DNA from: Nitrosopumilus sp. | GTDB taxonomy: Archaea > Thermoproteota > Nitrososphaeria > Nitrososphaerales > Nitrosopumilaceae | NCBI GenBank assembly: GCA_965218695.1 | Contig: OZ244651.1 | Location: forward strand, 1,728,001 to 1,792,000 | Direction: 5' to 3' | Length of the DNA stretch: 64,000 bases | In this document: positions 39,390 through 49,651 of the stretch, in pieces | Position numbering within the stretch: position 1 is the first letter of the stretch | Layout of the letters: each line of letters begins with the position of its first letter | Program-made: the position numbers and the translations under genes | The notes under the pieces: model-generated | Seen by the model: the letters and a program-made list of their open reading frames with translations, nothing else | What the model was told of the DNA's origin: nothing | The model's database searches: none

Positions 39390-41038
39390 GTATGGACTCA
39401 GGTCGCCAAACTGCGCTACGCTGCCACTGCGGGTGCAGAAACCTTCTGATATTGTTCGGGTGGCTTGAATATGCTCCAGCCAGGATCCATGATGATGTTC
39501 TCGACTGCTTGGCGTGGGAAGATGCCCTGCTTGTGGCAGGTGCGCGCCACTGATATCAGCACCGAGAAGACCTCCCGCCCCTCGGGTTCGGACAGCTGGT
39601 GCCGCACGTTCCTGTGCAGCACCGCAGTGTCGCGTATCTCCAACTCTGCTGCGTTGTTATGCGGCGGCATGCCCGGATGCCTGAGGAACGTGAACATGCA
39701 CGGGGCCGCGTTCTCAAGCGTCGTGCGGAAGTCGTGGGACTCCCCGTAGTCCGAGGCGATTTGGAGCACCGTCCTTTCCAGGTCCAGGCACTCGCCGGAT
39801 CCGGCAGACTCCCTGTCCTTGACTGACCGGTACAGGGCAAGCAGCCTGCGGTAGCAGGCAAGATCGTTGCCGCCGTTCTTGATGGCGTACTCTTCTGCGG
39901 CGCGCAGCAGGTGCACCCAGCACCTCTGCTTGACTGGGAACATGTTGTAGACGGTGTACCCATCCACCACCACCGGCTTGCCAAGCAGCCGGGCAAAATG
40001 CGCGTTTATCACCAGGGCCGCCCTGCTCGGGGCGGCCACCAGATACGTGGCGTCCCCGGTGGTGACCAGCCACACGTACCCCTTCTTCCCGTTCATCTTC
40101 ATGTGGGACTCGTCAAACTGCACGAACGCGGCCTCGGCGATGTGGGCCAGTATGCCCTCGTACGCGCCCTTGAGGATCTTTTTGAGGGCCTTGCGCGCGT
40201 TCCATATGGCGTTTGGCGATATGCCAAACCCGTACAGCGCCTTGAAATAGTATGATACGGTATAGTCCGTGCTCCTCTTGTCGTAGTACTCCTCCACAAA
40301 CCCCAGGGCCTTGGGGCCAAGCGACGTGCCGGGGATCGTGGGAGGCACGGCAGAGCTGACGTGATTGCACCTCTTGCACAACCCCTGTCCCACCAGGTAC
40401 GCGACGCGCTCGATCCTCATGGCACCGTCGTCGGGAAAATCATACACCATCTTGACAATGGACGGCATCCGGACCAGGTGTCCGCGTCCGCACTTTTCGC
40501 ACCTGCACACTGGCAGACTCTCGGTCCTCTCGGCCCTGTTCTTGTGCGAGGCGCCGGCGTGTCCTGCCGGCGGTCCCTTGCGGGTCTTGTCTCCGGCGCC
40601 TTCGCCTTCTGATTCAGGTCCGCCTTCCGATTAGGACTTTTCTCCTTCCTTGGGCCCGCTGCCATCGGACTCCGTCTTGGCCTCCATGTCCATCCGCTTC
40701 CTGAATGCCGTGCGGTCCGAGTTGTACAACGAATATGTGGACGAGGACATGTTGGGGTTCTCGTACTTGCGGAGCCTCCTGCGGTATCCTGCATTCTCCA
40801 GGGTCAGGCGGTCGTTTTCAATCTCGAGCAGCGTCACCTTCTTGGTGAGTTCGGCATTTGTCTTGTACATCGTTTTCTTAAACTTCTCGAACTCCGTCAC
40901 TACCCTTGCCAGCTCCCTGCGCAGGAGCGATATCTCTGATTTGCTCACGTGGGTTCGCGGATTCCGAGATCAATAAATCGGCATGGTCTAATTTGATGCA
41001 CAAGCGATTAAAATCTAGGCACGGACCTGAGTCCATAC
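39390..41038 (-). mobile_element. IS66-family (single-ORF type) IS
   Basis: IRs GTATGGACTCAGGTC / GACCTGAGTCCATAC; no target duplication found. Confidence 0.85.
39416..40948 (-). pseudogene. IS66 transposase with one in-frame TAA at 40631-40633
   Basis: ORFs 40631-40948 and 39416-40510 share a frame and are joined by SEGGPES...GPPAGHAG; FDES, VDGY, QRCWVH, HNNAAE. Confidence 0.85.
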
Positions 41039-41681
41039 CTTTGGAGTACCTTGAGGGACAGGGGCTGCTGGATTAGGAATCCCGGCGCGCGGGCGTCCGT
41101 GTCATCTTTGCCGCACTGGGGACGCCGCGGGGACTCGGCCAGTGAAGGTGCCGTGGAACCTAAAAAAGGTAACATTACAGGCCGAATCCCTCTAGACCCG
41201 CTACCAATGTACACATCGGGTGTTCTGCCAATCATCCAAAGCGCCATGAATCAATAATCCAAGATCAGAGAAGGCACGAGGCATGATTCGCCATAACGAC
41301 ACCGGTTGGGAACAGTTCGGTTTTGGTGTACTGGGCAAGCCTGTCGGTTGGGTGGTTGGCATCTCGGTGATGCCATTGCACAATTACGTGATAACTAGCG
41401 CGCCACACGCAACCCAAACATCATATTTTTAACGTTCAAAAATAAGACCCATGCAGATTTGACTACCGACTCTGGCGTATTGGACTATTTTGAGGGAACC
41501 GTGAGGGAATTTATAGTACGCACGCTCTCGGGCACAAACAACTGGTGGAAGTCCTGCATCCCGCAGGAGATAAGAAATAATGCAGACAAGAGGCACGGGG
41601 ATGAAAAAAAGATGGCCGACGTGCTAAACAAGCCCGTATACGAGGCGTGGCATTACGTTAATTTTGATGGTTACGGAAAGA

Positions 41682-43207
41682 GTAAGTGTTCACGTGGTTT
41701 AACTCATTTTTAGGCGTATTTTGCAATCTCCGCCAAGTAATCCAATTTCTTGTTTTTCCATGTCATTACACATGAAAAGAAATTCGCCATCCACGTCATC
41801 GTCTCCTCTGCCCTTATGCTGCCCCGTATTTTTCTGTGCACGACTATCTCGCGCAACCCGCGTTCTGCAGCATTGTTTGTAGGCGGGATCTTTGGGTTCA
41901 GCACGAACCGGAACAGGTCGCTGCCAGCATTGCTGATCTTGACCATGAATTTTTCCAATATTGGATCGTCGGCGTACCTTGCAACGATCTTTTCGATGCA
42001 TGACGTCAGCATGGCAGACGCGTTGTCCCGGAGAGAGCGCGAGCGTTTCCTGCTTGCCCTTCTGGCATAATCATAGATTATGCGCAGGTGCTTCAGGACG
42101 TTGCGCGCGCCTGGGCAGTCCGGATTGCGGTTGCAGATGTCCCTGGCCTCGCGTATTATGTGCGACCAGCAGCGCTGGACGCGGTATTTTCCGTACGCCG
42201 TCCAGCCGTCGCACACTAACGTGCCGTCCCAACCCCCAAGCGCTTCTTTCAGAACCTTTGCCCCCCGGCTGTCCCGTATCACGTACAGCGCGTGCCCGGT
42301 CAGCGGATCGTGCAGTATCCACACCCAGACGTTGCGGCCGTTTAGGTGAATCGATGTCTCGTCGGCGTGCAGTATCTTGGCCTTGCGTATCATGGCGGCA
42401 ATGGCTGCCGCAGGGGCGCCCAGCGACGTTCCCAGCCTGCGCATTATGTTGTGCGCCGTGCCCGAGGAGAGTGTAATTCCGTACCGCGACATGCGGTCTG
42501 CGATCATCCTAAACGGCATGCGACACACGTAATCGTCTGCAACATCAGTCGTTATGCTCGGATCGTAGCTGCCCTTGTCTGGAAGGCCGGTCTCGGGCTT
42601 GATGTCCACCAGACCGCAGGAGCAGCGACACGTGTTTATGGTGTGGCGCGTGGTGATGACCTTTATCGTGCGCTCCACCCTGGTAATGTCGCGTTTTTCT
42701 GACTGCACTATGGAAAGGCTACCCGAGCCGCATTCGGGGCAGGCCTCCGGGGTGTGTTCCTCAAACTCGGTGGGTTTTGGCTTGCGGGTGCGGCCCATGT
42801 GGCCTTTTTGCCCCCCGCGCGACTTCCCGCTGCCGGCCGCATCCACGCGGTCCTTTTGATCCCGGGAGGCTTTTGTGGATTTATTGTAGGCATTCTTTTC
42901 GTCGCCTTTTCCCTTTGTGTCAGGCCATCCGGGCCCCCTTTTTTGTGATGACGGGGTGTTGTAATTGTCATGCCGCACCAGCCTGCGCTTAAGATCAGCA
43001 ACTGCCAGATTCAATTCCTCAATTATCTGCCCTTGCATCTCAATCGTCTGCTTGAGCTTGATGTTCTCAGTCTTGAGATCCGTGTACATCTTTTTGAGTT
43101 CAGCCTGGCTTTTCACATCGGGTTTGGATTACCATCCTATTTGGATCTGTGGTTTGCACAAAATTTACCCAAGAGTGAACTGAATTAGGCACGACGTGAA
43201 CACTTAC
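41682..43207 (-). mobile_element. IS66-family IS, type A copy 1 (1526 bp)
   Basis: IR GTAAGTGTTCACGT; 8-bp duplication CGGAAAGA at 41674-41681 and 43411-43418. Confidence 0.93.
41710..43116 (-). CDS. IS66 transposase (TnpC-like)
   Basis: Coiled coil, GGQKGH, CPECG, HADET, CDGW, QRCWSH, TNNAAERGLR. Confidence 0.92.
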   Translation of the reverse strand: MKSQAELKKMYTDLKTENIKLKQTIEMQGQIIEELNLAVADLKRRLVRHDNYNTPSSQKRGPGWPDTKGKGDEKNAYNKSTKASRDQKDRVDAAGSGKSRGGQKGHMGRTRKPKPTEFEEHTPEACPECGSGSLSIVQSEKRDITRVERTIKVITTRHTINTCRCSCGLVDIKPETGLPDKGSYDPSITTDVADDYVCRMPFRMIADRMSRYGITLSSGTAHNIMRRLGTSLGAPAAAIAAMIRKAKILHADETSIHLNGRNVWVWILHDPLTGHALYVIRDSRGAKVLKEALGGWDGTLVCDGWTAYGKYRVQRCWSHIIREARDICNRNPDCPGARNVLKHLRIIYDYARRASRKRSRSLRDNASAMLTSCIEKIVARYADDPILEKFMVKISNAGSDLFRFVLNPKIPPTNNAAERGLREIVVHRKIRGSIRAEETMTWMANFFSCVMTWKNKKLDYLAEIAKYA

Positions 43208-43410
43208 CCAGATTCAATTCCTCAATTATCTGCCCTTGCATCTCAATCGTCTGCTTGAGCTTGATGTTCTCAGTCTTGAGATCCGTGTACATCTTTTTGA
43301 GTTCAGCCTGGCTTTTCACATCGGGTTTGGATTACCATCCTATTTGGATCTGTGGTTTGCACAAAATTTACCCAAGAGTGAACTGAATTAGGCACGACGT
43401 GAACACTTAC
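43208..43410 (-). repeat. 203-bp tandem duplication of the IS66 left end
   Basis: 43208-43410 repeats 43005-43207, including the terminal IR. Confidence 0.9.
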
Positions 43411-43752
43411 CGGAAAGATAATCGCAAAAAGGGATAACTGGAGGAATTACTTCGAGGGCATATTCCTAGACAAGCATGTCTTTGAATACAAAATGAAGGT
43501 TATACTCTCTCTTAGAAATGACGTGAGACATGGGAGAAATCTTGATCACGTAAACAGCCTTAGGCTTAGAATACACTGCTATGATATACTCTCACAGATA
43601 TATGAAAAGGACGACACACTTTCATATGACATGGACAGCCTAGTCACACATACCGGTCTGGGCTAGAATCTACCTGCCTATGCGAGCTGCCGTGTTGACT
43701 TTTTTGGCTAAGTTTCATTACCCCTACGATTTCACTAAAAATGAAAATTATG

Positions 43753-45351
43753 GTAACTGTGTAGTTTTTTGATCAAATGTTGAATTCCATGCCTACAAAC
43801 GTCTGTGTAGTTTTTTTGAAACTATTTTTAATCACTTGATCGAGTTTTTCTCTCCATTCCAATTTTTAGATCATCAGTTCCCACGGTTTGCATTATGTCT
43901 GATGATAATTCCGAGTCAAGGATTGCAGAACTGGAGGAAAAAGTGGAGATGATGGCAGGGCAGCTGGCCAAAAAGGACCAGCAGATAGCCAAACTCACTG
44001 ATCTTTACGCTGCCGCCCTCAGGCAGATCCAGGACCTCACGGCAGAGTTGCAGGAAGCAAGGGGCACCATATCGGCTGCCGTTGCAAGGAGCATCGGCGC
44101 AAAACCTGACAAAAAGACGGGCAGTGCCAGACGCCGCACAAAGGCCAAGGGCAAGCCAAGCGTCCACAGGCGCACGGGCCTTGCGCGTCCTGAAAGAATA
44201 GACGCAGAGGAGACGGCAGATCCCCACACGTGCGACAACTGCGGCAGCTCCGACCTCTCCGAGTGCGTATCCACGTACACAAAGGTGGTAAGGGAGGCTG
44301 CCAAGACGGAACTAAAGCACATCAAGGTGACAGTAAAGAGAAGACGTTGCAGGAACTGCAAGAAGACCGTGTCCGGCAGGACTCCGCTGGCACTGCCAAA
44401 CTCCAGGTACGGGATCAACTTTATGATAATGATGGTCATCCTCAGGCTGCACGGCATGTCAGACCTCAGAATATGCAATATTGTCATGATGATGTACTCG
44501 GCAAGAATCACGGAATCTGCGATAAACCGTATGGTGTGCAGGATGGCCCGGGAGCTCGGGCCGCTGTACGAGAAGATCAAGGAGGAGGTAAGAAACTCGC
44601 CTGCGATAAACGGGGACGAGTCCGTCTGGCGCGTCGACGGCACGAACTACTGGCTGTGGGCGGTGGTAACAAGGTACGCCGTAATCTACGAGGTGCACCG
44701 CCGCAGGAACTCGAAGGTTCCAAAAAAGATGCTCGGCAAGGACTACCCGGGATGCGTGACGTCTGACTCGTGGGGAGCGTGGAACGTCATAGGAGCCATG
44801 CACCAAAAGTGCCACCTGCATTACGTCCGGGACGTCAAGGCCACCCTGAGATACAAGAATCCCGGCCAGGACTACCGTCGGCACGCAAGGACGCTGCGCG
44901 CGATACTGCGGGACTCGCACGTCGACGGCGCCGTTCCGGGAGGGGCAGACGCGCTTGCCGCAAAGAAGAGGCTGGATCGTCGCATCGCGTCCATGATAGG
45001 CAGGCTCGAGAAGAACCGCGACTGCAAGCACTGCAACAGGATGCGCAAGAGGCTGGTGCGGGAAAGGGATCACCTGTTTGCGTTTCTGGAGACAGACGAT
45101 GTCGAATACCACAACAACCGGGCAGAGCGGGCCATCAGGCCGTGCGTCATCCTGCGCAAGAACAGCAACGGGAGCAGGTCAAAGAAGGGCGCAGACGCCA
45201 TTGCCACGCTGATGAGCATCAAGCAGACATGCAAGGCAAGGGGAGATGATCTTGGCACGGTCCTGCGCGAGGGTCTGGTCCTATGTCAAAAAAATACATA
45301 GTTTCTTGGAGACATGGAATTCAGCATTTGATCAAAAAACTACACAGTTAC
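43753..45351 (+). mobile_element. IS66-family IS, type B
   Basis: About 40-bp IRs starting GTAACTGTGTAGTTTTTTGATCAAATG; 8-bp duplication AAATTATG. Confidence 0.93.
43895..45301 (+). CDS. IS66 transposase
   Basis: CDNCG, CRNC, NGDES, SDSW, QKCHLH, HNNRAERAIR. Confidence 0.92.
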   Translation: MSDDNSESRIAELEEKVEMMAGQLAKKDQQIAKLTDLYAAALRQIQDLTAELQEARGTISAAVARSIGAKPDKKTGSARRRTKAKGKPSVHRRTGLARPERIDAEETADPHTCDNCGSSDLSECVSTYTKVVREAAKTELKHIKVTVKRRRCRNCKKTVSGRTPLALPNSRYGINFMIMMVILRLHGMSDLRICNIVMMMYSARITESAINRMVCRMARELGPLYEKIKEEVRNSPAINGDESVWRVDGTNYWLWAVVTRYAVIYEVHRRRNSKVPKKMLGKDYPGCVTSDSWGAWNVIGAMHQKCHLHYVRDVKATLRYKNPGQDYRRHARTLRAILRDSHVDGAVPGGADALAAKKRLDRRIASMIGRLEKNRDCKHCNRMRKRLVRERDHLFAFLETDDVEYHNNRAERAIRPCVILRKNSNGSRSKKGADAIATLMSIKQTCKARGDDLGTVLREGLVLCQKNT

Positions 45352-45452
45352 AAATTATGTAAATCTGTAGGGACATCAACACACGGCAAGAACTAGGGAA
45401 AGACATCCTGCTTGTTCGCTATTTTTTTAAGCAAAGTCTTATACGCCTAGTC

Positions 45453-46871
45453 ATGACAGGCACCCAAAACCGGATTCCATATGATCAGATTCCGGATGCA
45501 GTCATGTACATTCTGAACAGGAAGGGCAGAACCGTAGAAGATCTTGAAGGGGAACGCGGCAGCAGATATGTGGTGGCGCCCGCCCAACTTGGCTCTAAAA
45601 ATGTAGCCGTATGGCACCGCAAAAGACAGCTTGACGAGTCCGTGGCACAAATCCTGAAACTGCATCCTGACGTATGGGGACCTGCCAGGCACTCAAACGA
45701 TTTTTCCAACGCCACATCCCAGTATCTCTCCAAGCTCAGGAAGAATGGAACCATAGCAGACCTGAACCCAGGCAAGCGGTATGGGATATTCAGGCTTGTA
45801 CGTTCATCCCCGCTCGCGCAGGACATGCCAAAGATGAGCTATGAACGGCGTTTCACTACGTCATCGTCCACATCCGGTACGGAACCCGCATCAGAAGTCG
45901 AGATGAGACAGGCATTCCTCTCAATACTTACCATGGGAGTCAAGGACAACACATACAAGTTTGCACTTGCCCGGGCAATCCTGGATCACTGCCGGGAGTC
46001 TCAGGGCATGGAAAACTCCCTAGATATACCATACGAGAGTCTTTCAGACAAGTTCCTGCAGTACTACTGGCACCAAGAGTGCCGATTCAGGATAAAACAG
46101 GACTTTCACACAAAAAGCATGCCAAAGGTAATCCAGGTAATCAGGGGAGTCTTTGGCCAAAACACCCCGGGCCGCTTTGATCTTCTTGATGATGCCGATG
46201 TGGCAAAGGCAAAAAAACAGATACTAAAGACCGTCTTTGGGCATGCAAGAAACAAGACGTCCATGGTCGTGCCCCGGTTTCAAAAAGTCAGGGTGGGTTC
46301 ACGTTCAGAGGAGAGGCGCGTCTTTTACGACTATAGTGATGACACAAAGATTATTCGCCTCAGGCCCGAGGCGTTTGAGTTCTTCAGGAACAACCACGGC
46401 ATACTGATGGGAACAGTTCTTGCAGAGTGGACTAGATTTCTTGAGCGGACAAACATCGGCCTTCCAATGCTTCTGGCAAAGATCCACATGGACGAGGCTT
46501 CAAGGGGCCCGCTTACCAAATACAAGAACCTCTTCTTACGACACACCGGCCACTGCTTTTACTGTGGTAGCAGGCTGGAAAAAAACTACACCCATGTGGA
46601 TCACTTTATCCCGTGGTCGTACATCTTTGATGACAACGTATGGAACCTGGTTCCGGCGTGCCAAGACTGCAACTGCAAAAAGAGCAACTCGCTCCCACAA
46701 GACGAATTCCTGCAGAGCCTCATACGCAGGAACGACAAATACTATGACACCATCGCCCCACTAAGAAGATCCCTGAAAATGCTGGATGCGCGCCACGGCT
46801 GGAAGCCAGAGATAGAAAACCACTACAAAACCTGCCTCTACTATGGATTCAACATAATATCCATGCCATGA
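45453..46871 (+). CDS. HNH endonuclease with N-terminal recognition domains (putative type IV restriction-like)
   Basis: NTYKFALARAIL; CFYCG...HVDHFIPWS...WNLVPACQDCNCKKSN. Confidence 0.8.
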   Translation: MTGTQNRIPYDQIPDAVMYILNRKGRTVEDLEGERGSRYVVAPAQLGSKNVAVWHRKRQLDESVAQILKLHPDVWGPARHSNDFSNATSQYLSKLRKNGTIADLNPGKRYGIFRLVRSSPLAQDMPKMSYERRFTTSSSTSGTEPASEVEMRQAFLSILTMGVKDNTYKFALARAILDHCRESQGMENSLDIPYESLSDKFLQYYWHQECRFRIKQDFHTKSMPKVIQVIRGVFGQNTPGRFDLLDDADVAKAKKQILKTVFGHARNKTSMVVPRFQKVRVGSRSEERRVFYDYSDDTKIIRLRPEAFEFFRNNHGILMGTVLAEWTRFLERTNIGLPMLLAKIHMDEASRGPLTKYKNLFLRHTGHCFYCGSRLEKNYTHVDHFIPWSYIFDDNVWNLVPACQDCNCKKSNSLPQDEFLQSLIRRNDKYYDTIAPLRRSLKMLDARHGWKPEIENHYKTCLYYGFNIISMP

Positions 46872-47016
46872 TATTTCACAGGGACAGCTTGGACCAGCTT
46901 AACCTATTCCTTCAAAAACATGATTGATTTTTGCCTTGATAATTACTCCTGTGATCTTTATCTTTTTTTTTGCAGGTTTTATGGCTCCGTCCAGAGTTTT
47001 GGCAAATTAAAAAAAG

Positions 47017-48542
47017 GTAAGTGTTCACGTCGTGCCTAATTCAGTTCACTCTTGGGTAAATTTTGTGCAAACCACAGATCCAAATAGGATGGTAATCCAA
47101 ACCCGATGTGAAAAGCCAGGCTGAACTCAAAAAGATGTACACGGATCTCAAGACTGAGAACATCAAGCTCAAGCAGACGATTGAGATGCAAGGGCAGATA
47201 ATTGAGGAATTGAATCTGGCAGTTGCTGATCTTAAGCGCAGGCTGGTGCGGCATGACAATTACAACACCCCGTCATCACAAAAAAGGGGGCCCGGATGGC
47301 CTGACACAAAGGGAAAAGGCGACGAAAAGAATGCCTACAATAAATCCACAAAAGCCTCCCGGGATCAAAAGGACCGCGTGGATGCGGCCGGCAGCGGGAA
47401 GTCGCGCGGGGGGCAAAAAGGCCACATGGGCCGCACCCGCAAGCCAAAACCCACCGAGTTTGAGGAACACACCCCGGAGGCCTGCCCCGAATGCGGCTCG
47501 GGTAGCCTTTCCATAGTGCAGTCAGAAAAACGCGACATTACCAGGGTGGAGCGCACGATAAAGGTCATCACCACGCGCCACACCATAAACACGTGTCGCT
47601 GCTCCTGCGGTCTGGTGGACATCAAGCCCGAGACCGGCCTTCCAGACAAGGGCAGCTACGATCCGAGCATAACGACTGATGTTGCAGACGATTACGTGTG
47701 TCGCATGCCGTTTAGGATGATCGCAGACCGCATGTCGCGGTACGGAATTACACTCTCCTCGGGCACGGCGCACAACATAATGCGCAGGCTGGGAACGTCG
47801 CTGGGCGCCCCTGCGGCAGCCATTGCCGCCATGATACGCAAGGCCAAGATACTGCACGCCGACGAGACATCGATTCACCTAAACGGCCGCAACGTCTGGG
47901 TGTGGATACTGCACGATCCGCTGACCGGGCACGCGCTGTACGTGATACGGGACAGCCGGGGGGCAAAGGTTCTGAAAGAAGCGCTTGGGGGTTGGGACGG
48001 CACGTTAGTGTGCGACGGCTGGACGGCGTACGGAAAATACCGCGTCCAGCGCTGCTGGTCGCACATAATACGCGAGGCCAGGGACATCTGCAACCGCAAT
48101 CCGGACTGCCCAGGCGCGCGCAACGTCCTGAAGCACCTGCGCATAATCTATGATTATGCCAGAAGGGCAAGCAGGAAACGCTCGCGCTCTCTCCGGGACA
48201 ACGCGTCTGCCATGCTGACGTCATGCATCGAAAAGATCGTTGCAAGGTACGCCGACGATCCAATATTGGAAAAATTCATGGTCAAGATCAGCAATGCTGG
48301 CAGCGACCTGTTCCGGTTCGTGCTGAACCCAAAGATCCCGCCTACAAACAATGCTGCAGAACGCGGGTTGCGCGAGATAGTCGTGCACAGAAAAATACGG
48401 GGCAGCATAAGGGCAGAGGAGACGATGACGTGGATGGCGAATTTCTTTTCATGTGTAATGACATGGAAAAACAAGAAATTGGATTACTTGGCGGAGATTG
48501 CAAAATACGCCTAAAAATGAGTTAAACCACGTGAACACTTAC
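47017..48542 (+). mobile_element. IS66-family IS, type A copy 2 (inverted relative to copy 1)
   Basis: Same IRs and 1526-bp length; 8-bp duplication AAAAAAAG. Confidence 0.93.
47108..48514 (+). CDS. IS66 transposase
   Basis: Same 468-aa translation as 41710-43116. Confidence 0.92.
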   Translation: MKSQAELKKMYTDLKTENIKLKQTIEMQGQIIEELNLAVADLKRRLVRHDNYNTPSSQKRGPGWPDTKGKGDEKNAYNKSTKASRDQKDRVDAAGSGKSRGGQKGHMGRTRKPKPTEFEEHTPEACPECGSGSLSIVQSEKRDITRVERTIKVITTRHTINTCRCSCGLVDIKPETGLPDKGSYDPSITTDVADDYVCRMPFRMIADRMSRYGITLSSGTAHNIMRRLGTSLGAPAAAIAAMIRKAKILHADETSIHLNGRNVWVWILHDPLTGHALYVIRDSRGAKVLKEALGGWDGTLVCDGWTAYGKYRVQRCWSHIIREARDICNRNPDCPGARNVLKHLRIIYDYARRASRKRSRSLRDNASAMLTSCIEKIVARYADDPILEKFMVKISNAGSDLFRFVLNPKIPPTNNAAERGLREIVVHRKIRGSIRAEETMTWMANFFSCVMTWKNKKLDYLAEIAKYA

Positions 48543-49651
48543 AAAAAAAGGAATCGTATTTGGTATTATATTTTTTGGAACAACAGCAGTGTTTTTTGAA
48601 TTGTTTACTCCTTGGGATTGTTTTGGTGAATCTTTATATTTACTGGCTTGTGAGTAATTTTTGTGGATTGTTGGATTAGTAGCGACATGCGTGGTATTTA
48701 GTTCCATCTACAAACCCAGTAGTCGGAAATTTACCCCTTAGGCAGGTCCCCCGACATCATACGGTTGACCCACAATCCTACATAATTCCAATGCAGCCAT
48801 GGCCGCAGCATATGCGACAAGCGCCAGAGTCACCCGATCATAACTCGAATCCGCACGGTACTGCTCCACTGCCCACGTGTTGTACATGAACAGCGAGACG
48901 TAAAACATGATTGCCCTAAACGACGCATTGCGGCTTGTCGTCCTCGGACGCACCTGCTCTACCTGCTTGTATCCTGTCTCTATCCCCCACCTTCTCCTGT
49001 ACTCCTCTGGAAGCGTCTCAATCTCGTCTAGCGCCCTGGCAGGGGAAAGGTTGGTGGCAAAGACATGGTATCTTTCCGTGGCATCGGCATCAGGATCGTC
49101 TATCTTTTTTGAGGGCGTGATTATCAACGTGAATGTAACAGACTGGCCTGCTGCGTTTCTGAGGGTGTACCGTGAGACTGCCCTGCGTGATTTATCGTGG
49201 TGCTCCCGTATCGCCCTCTTCATCCCCACGTTCTTGACTGCCGGCATCAGGAACTTGCGCCTTTGTTCGGATACAAGCCTGATTATCTCAGTCGAGTAAA
49301 ACTCGCGGTCCATCAGCAGCAGCCGGGCCCGTATCCTGTAATCCCTGAGTTTTTGCATGAATTTACGCACAAAATCGGCGTTGTCCACGCTGCGCGTGAC
49401 CTGCATGCACTCCAAAATGGCCGGAACCTGCTCTGCTACCACGTGCATTGTCGCATAGCACTCGAACCTGCCTGTACCGCCCTTTGGTTTGGACCATATC
49501 AGGTGTGACATGTTGTCCTTGTCGTGCCTTGGTATCAGGTGCTTGTCTATTGCCACCAGTACGCCTCCCTTGTACCGGCACGTATTCTTGGCAAGCCTTG
49601 CGGTGCGTGTGAGCATGTCCCTGCAGAGTTCGTCTGCACCGTCTGATTCTA

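Larger units (their letters stand above)
41459..43666 (+). pseudogene. Swt1-like HEPN-domain protein gene split by IS66
   Basis: Removing the IS and one CGGAAAGA joins ...WWKSCIP...YVNFDGYGK to IIAKRDNWRNYF...SLRNDVRHGR (RxxxxH)...TGLG*. Confidence 0.82.
46900..48716 (+). pseudogene. Decayed low-GC membrane protein gene, split by IS66 and cut by the ISH3 inversion
   Basis: LIFALIITPVIFIFFFAG... | KKGIVFGIIFFGTTAVFFELFTPWD...CE*FLWIVGLVATCVVFSSIYKP, continuing KENIIE* at 38062-38083 on the other strand. Start position is approximate. Confidence 0.55.

Noticed and set aside
41039-41458. ORFs between IS66 and the HEPN gene
   Set aside because: Short overlapping frames on both strands with no recognisable motif.
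41682-48542. Composite transposon formed by the two inverted type-A IS66 copies around the HNH gene
   Set aside because: Each copy has its own 8-bp duplication (CGGAAAGA; AAAAAAAG), so they are independent insertions.
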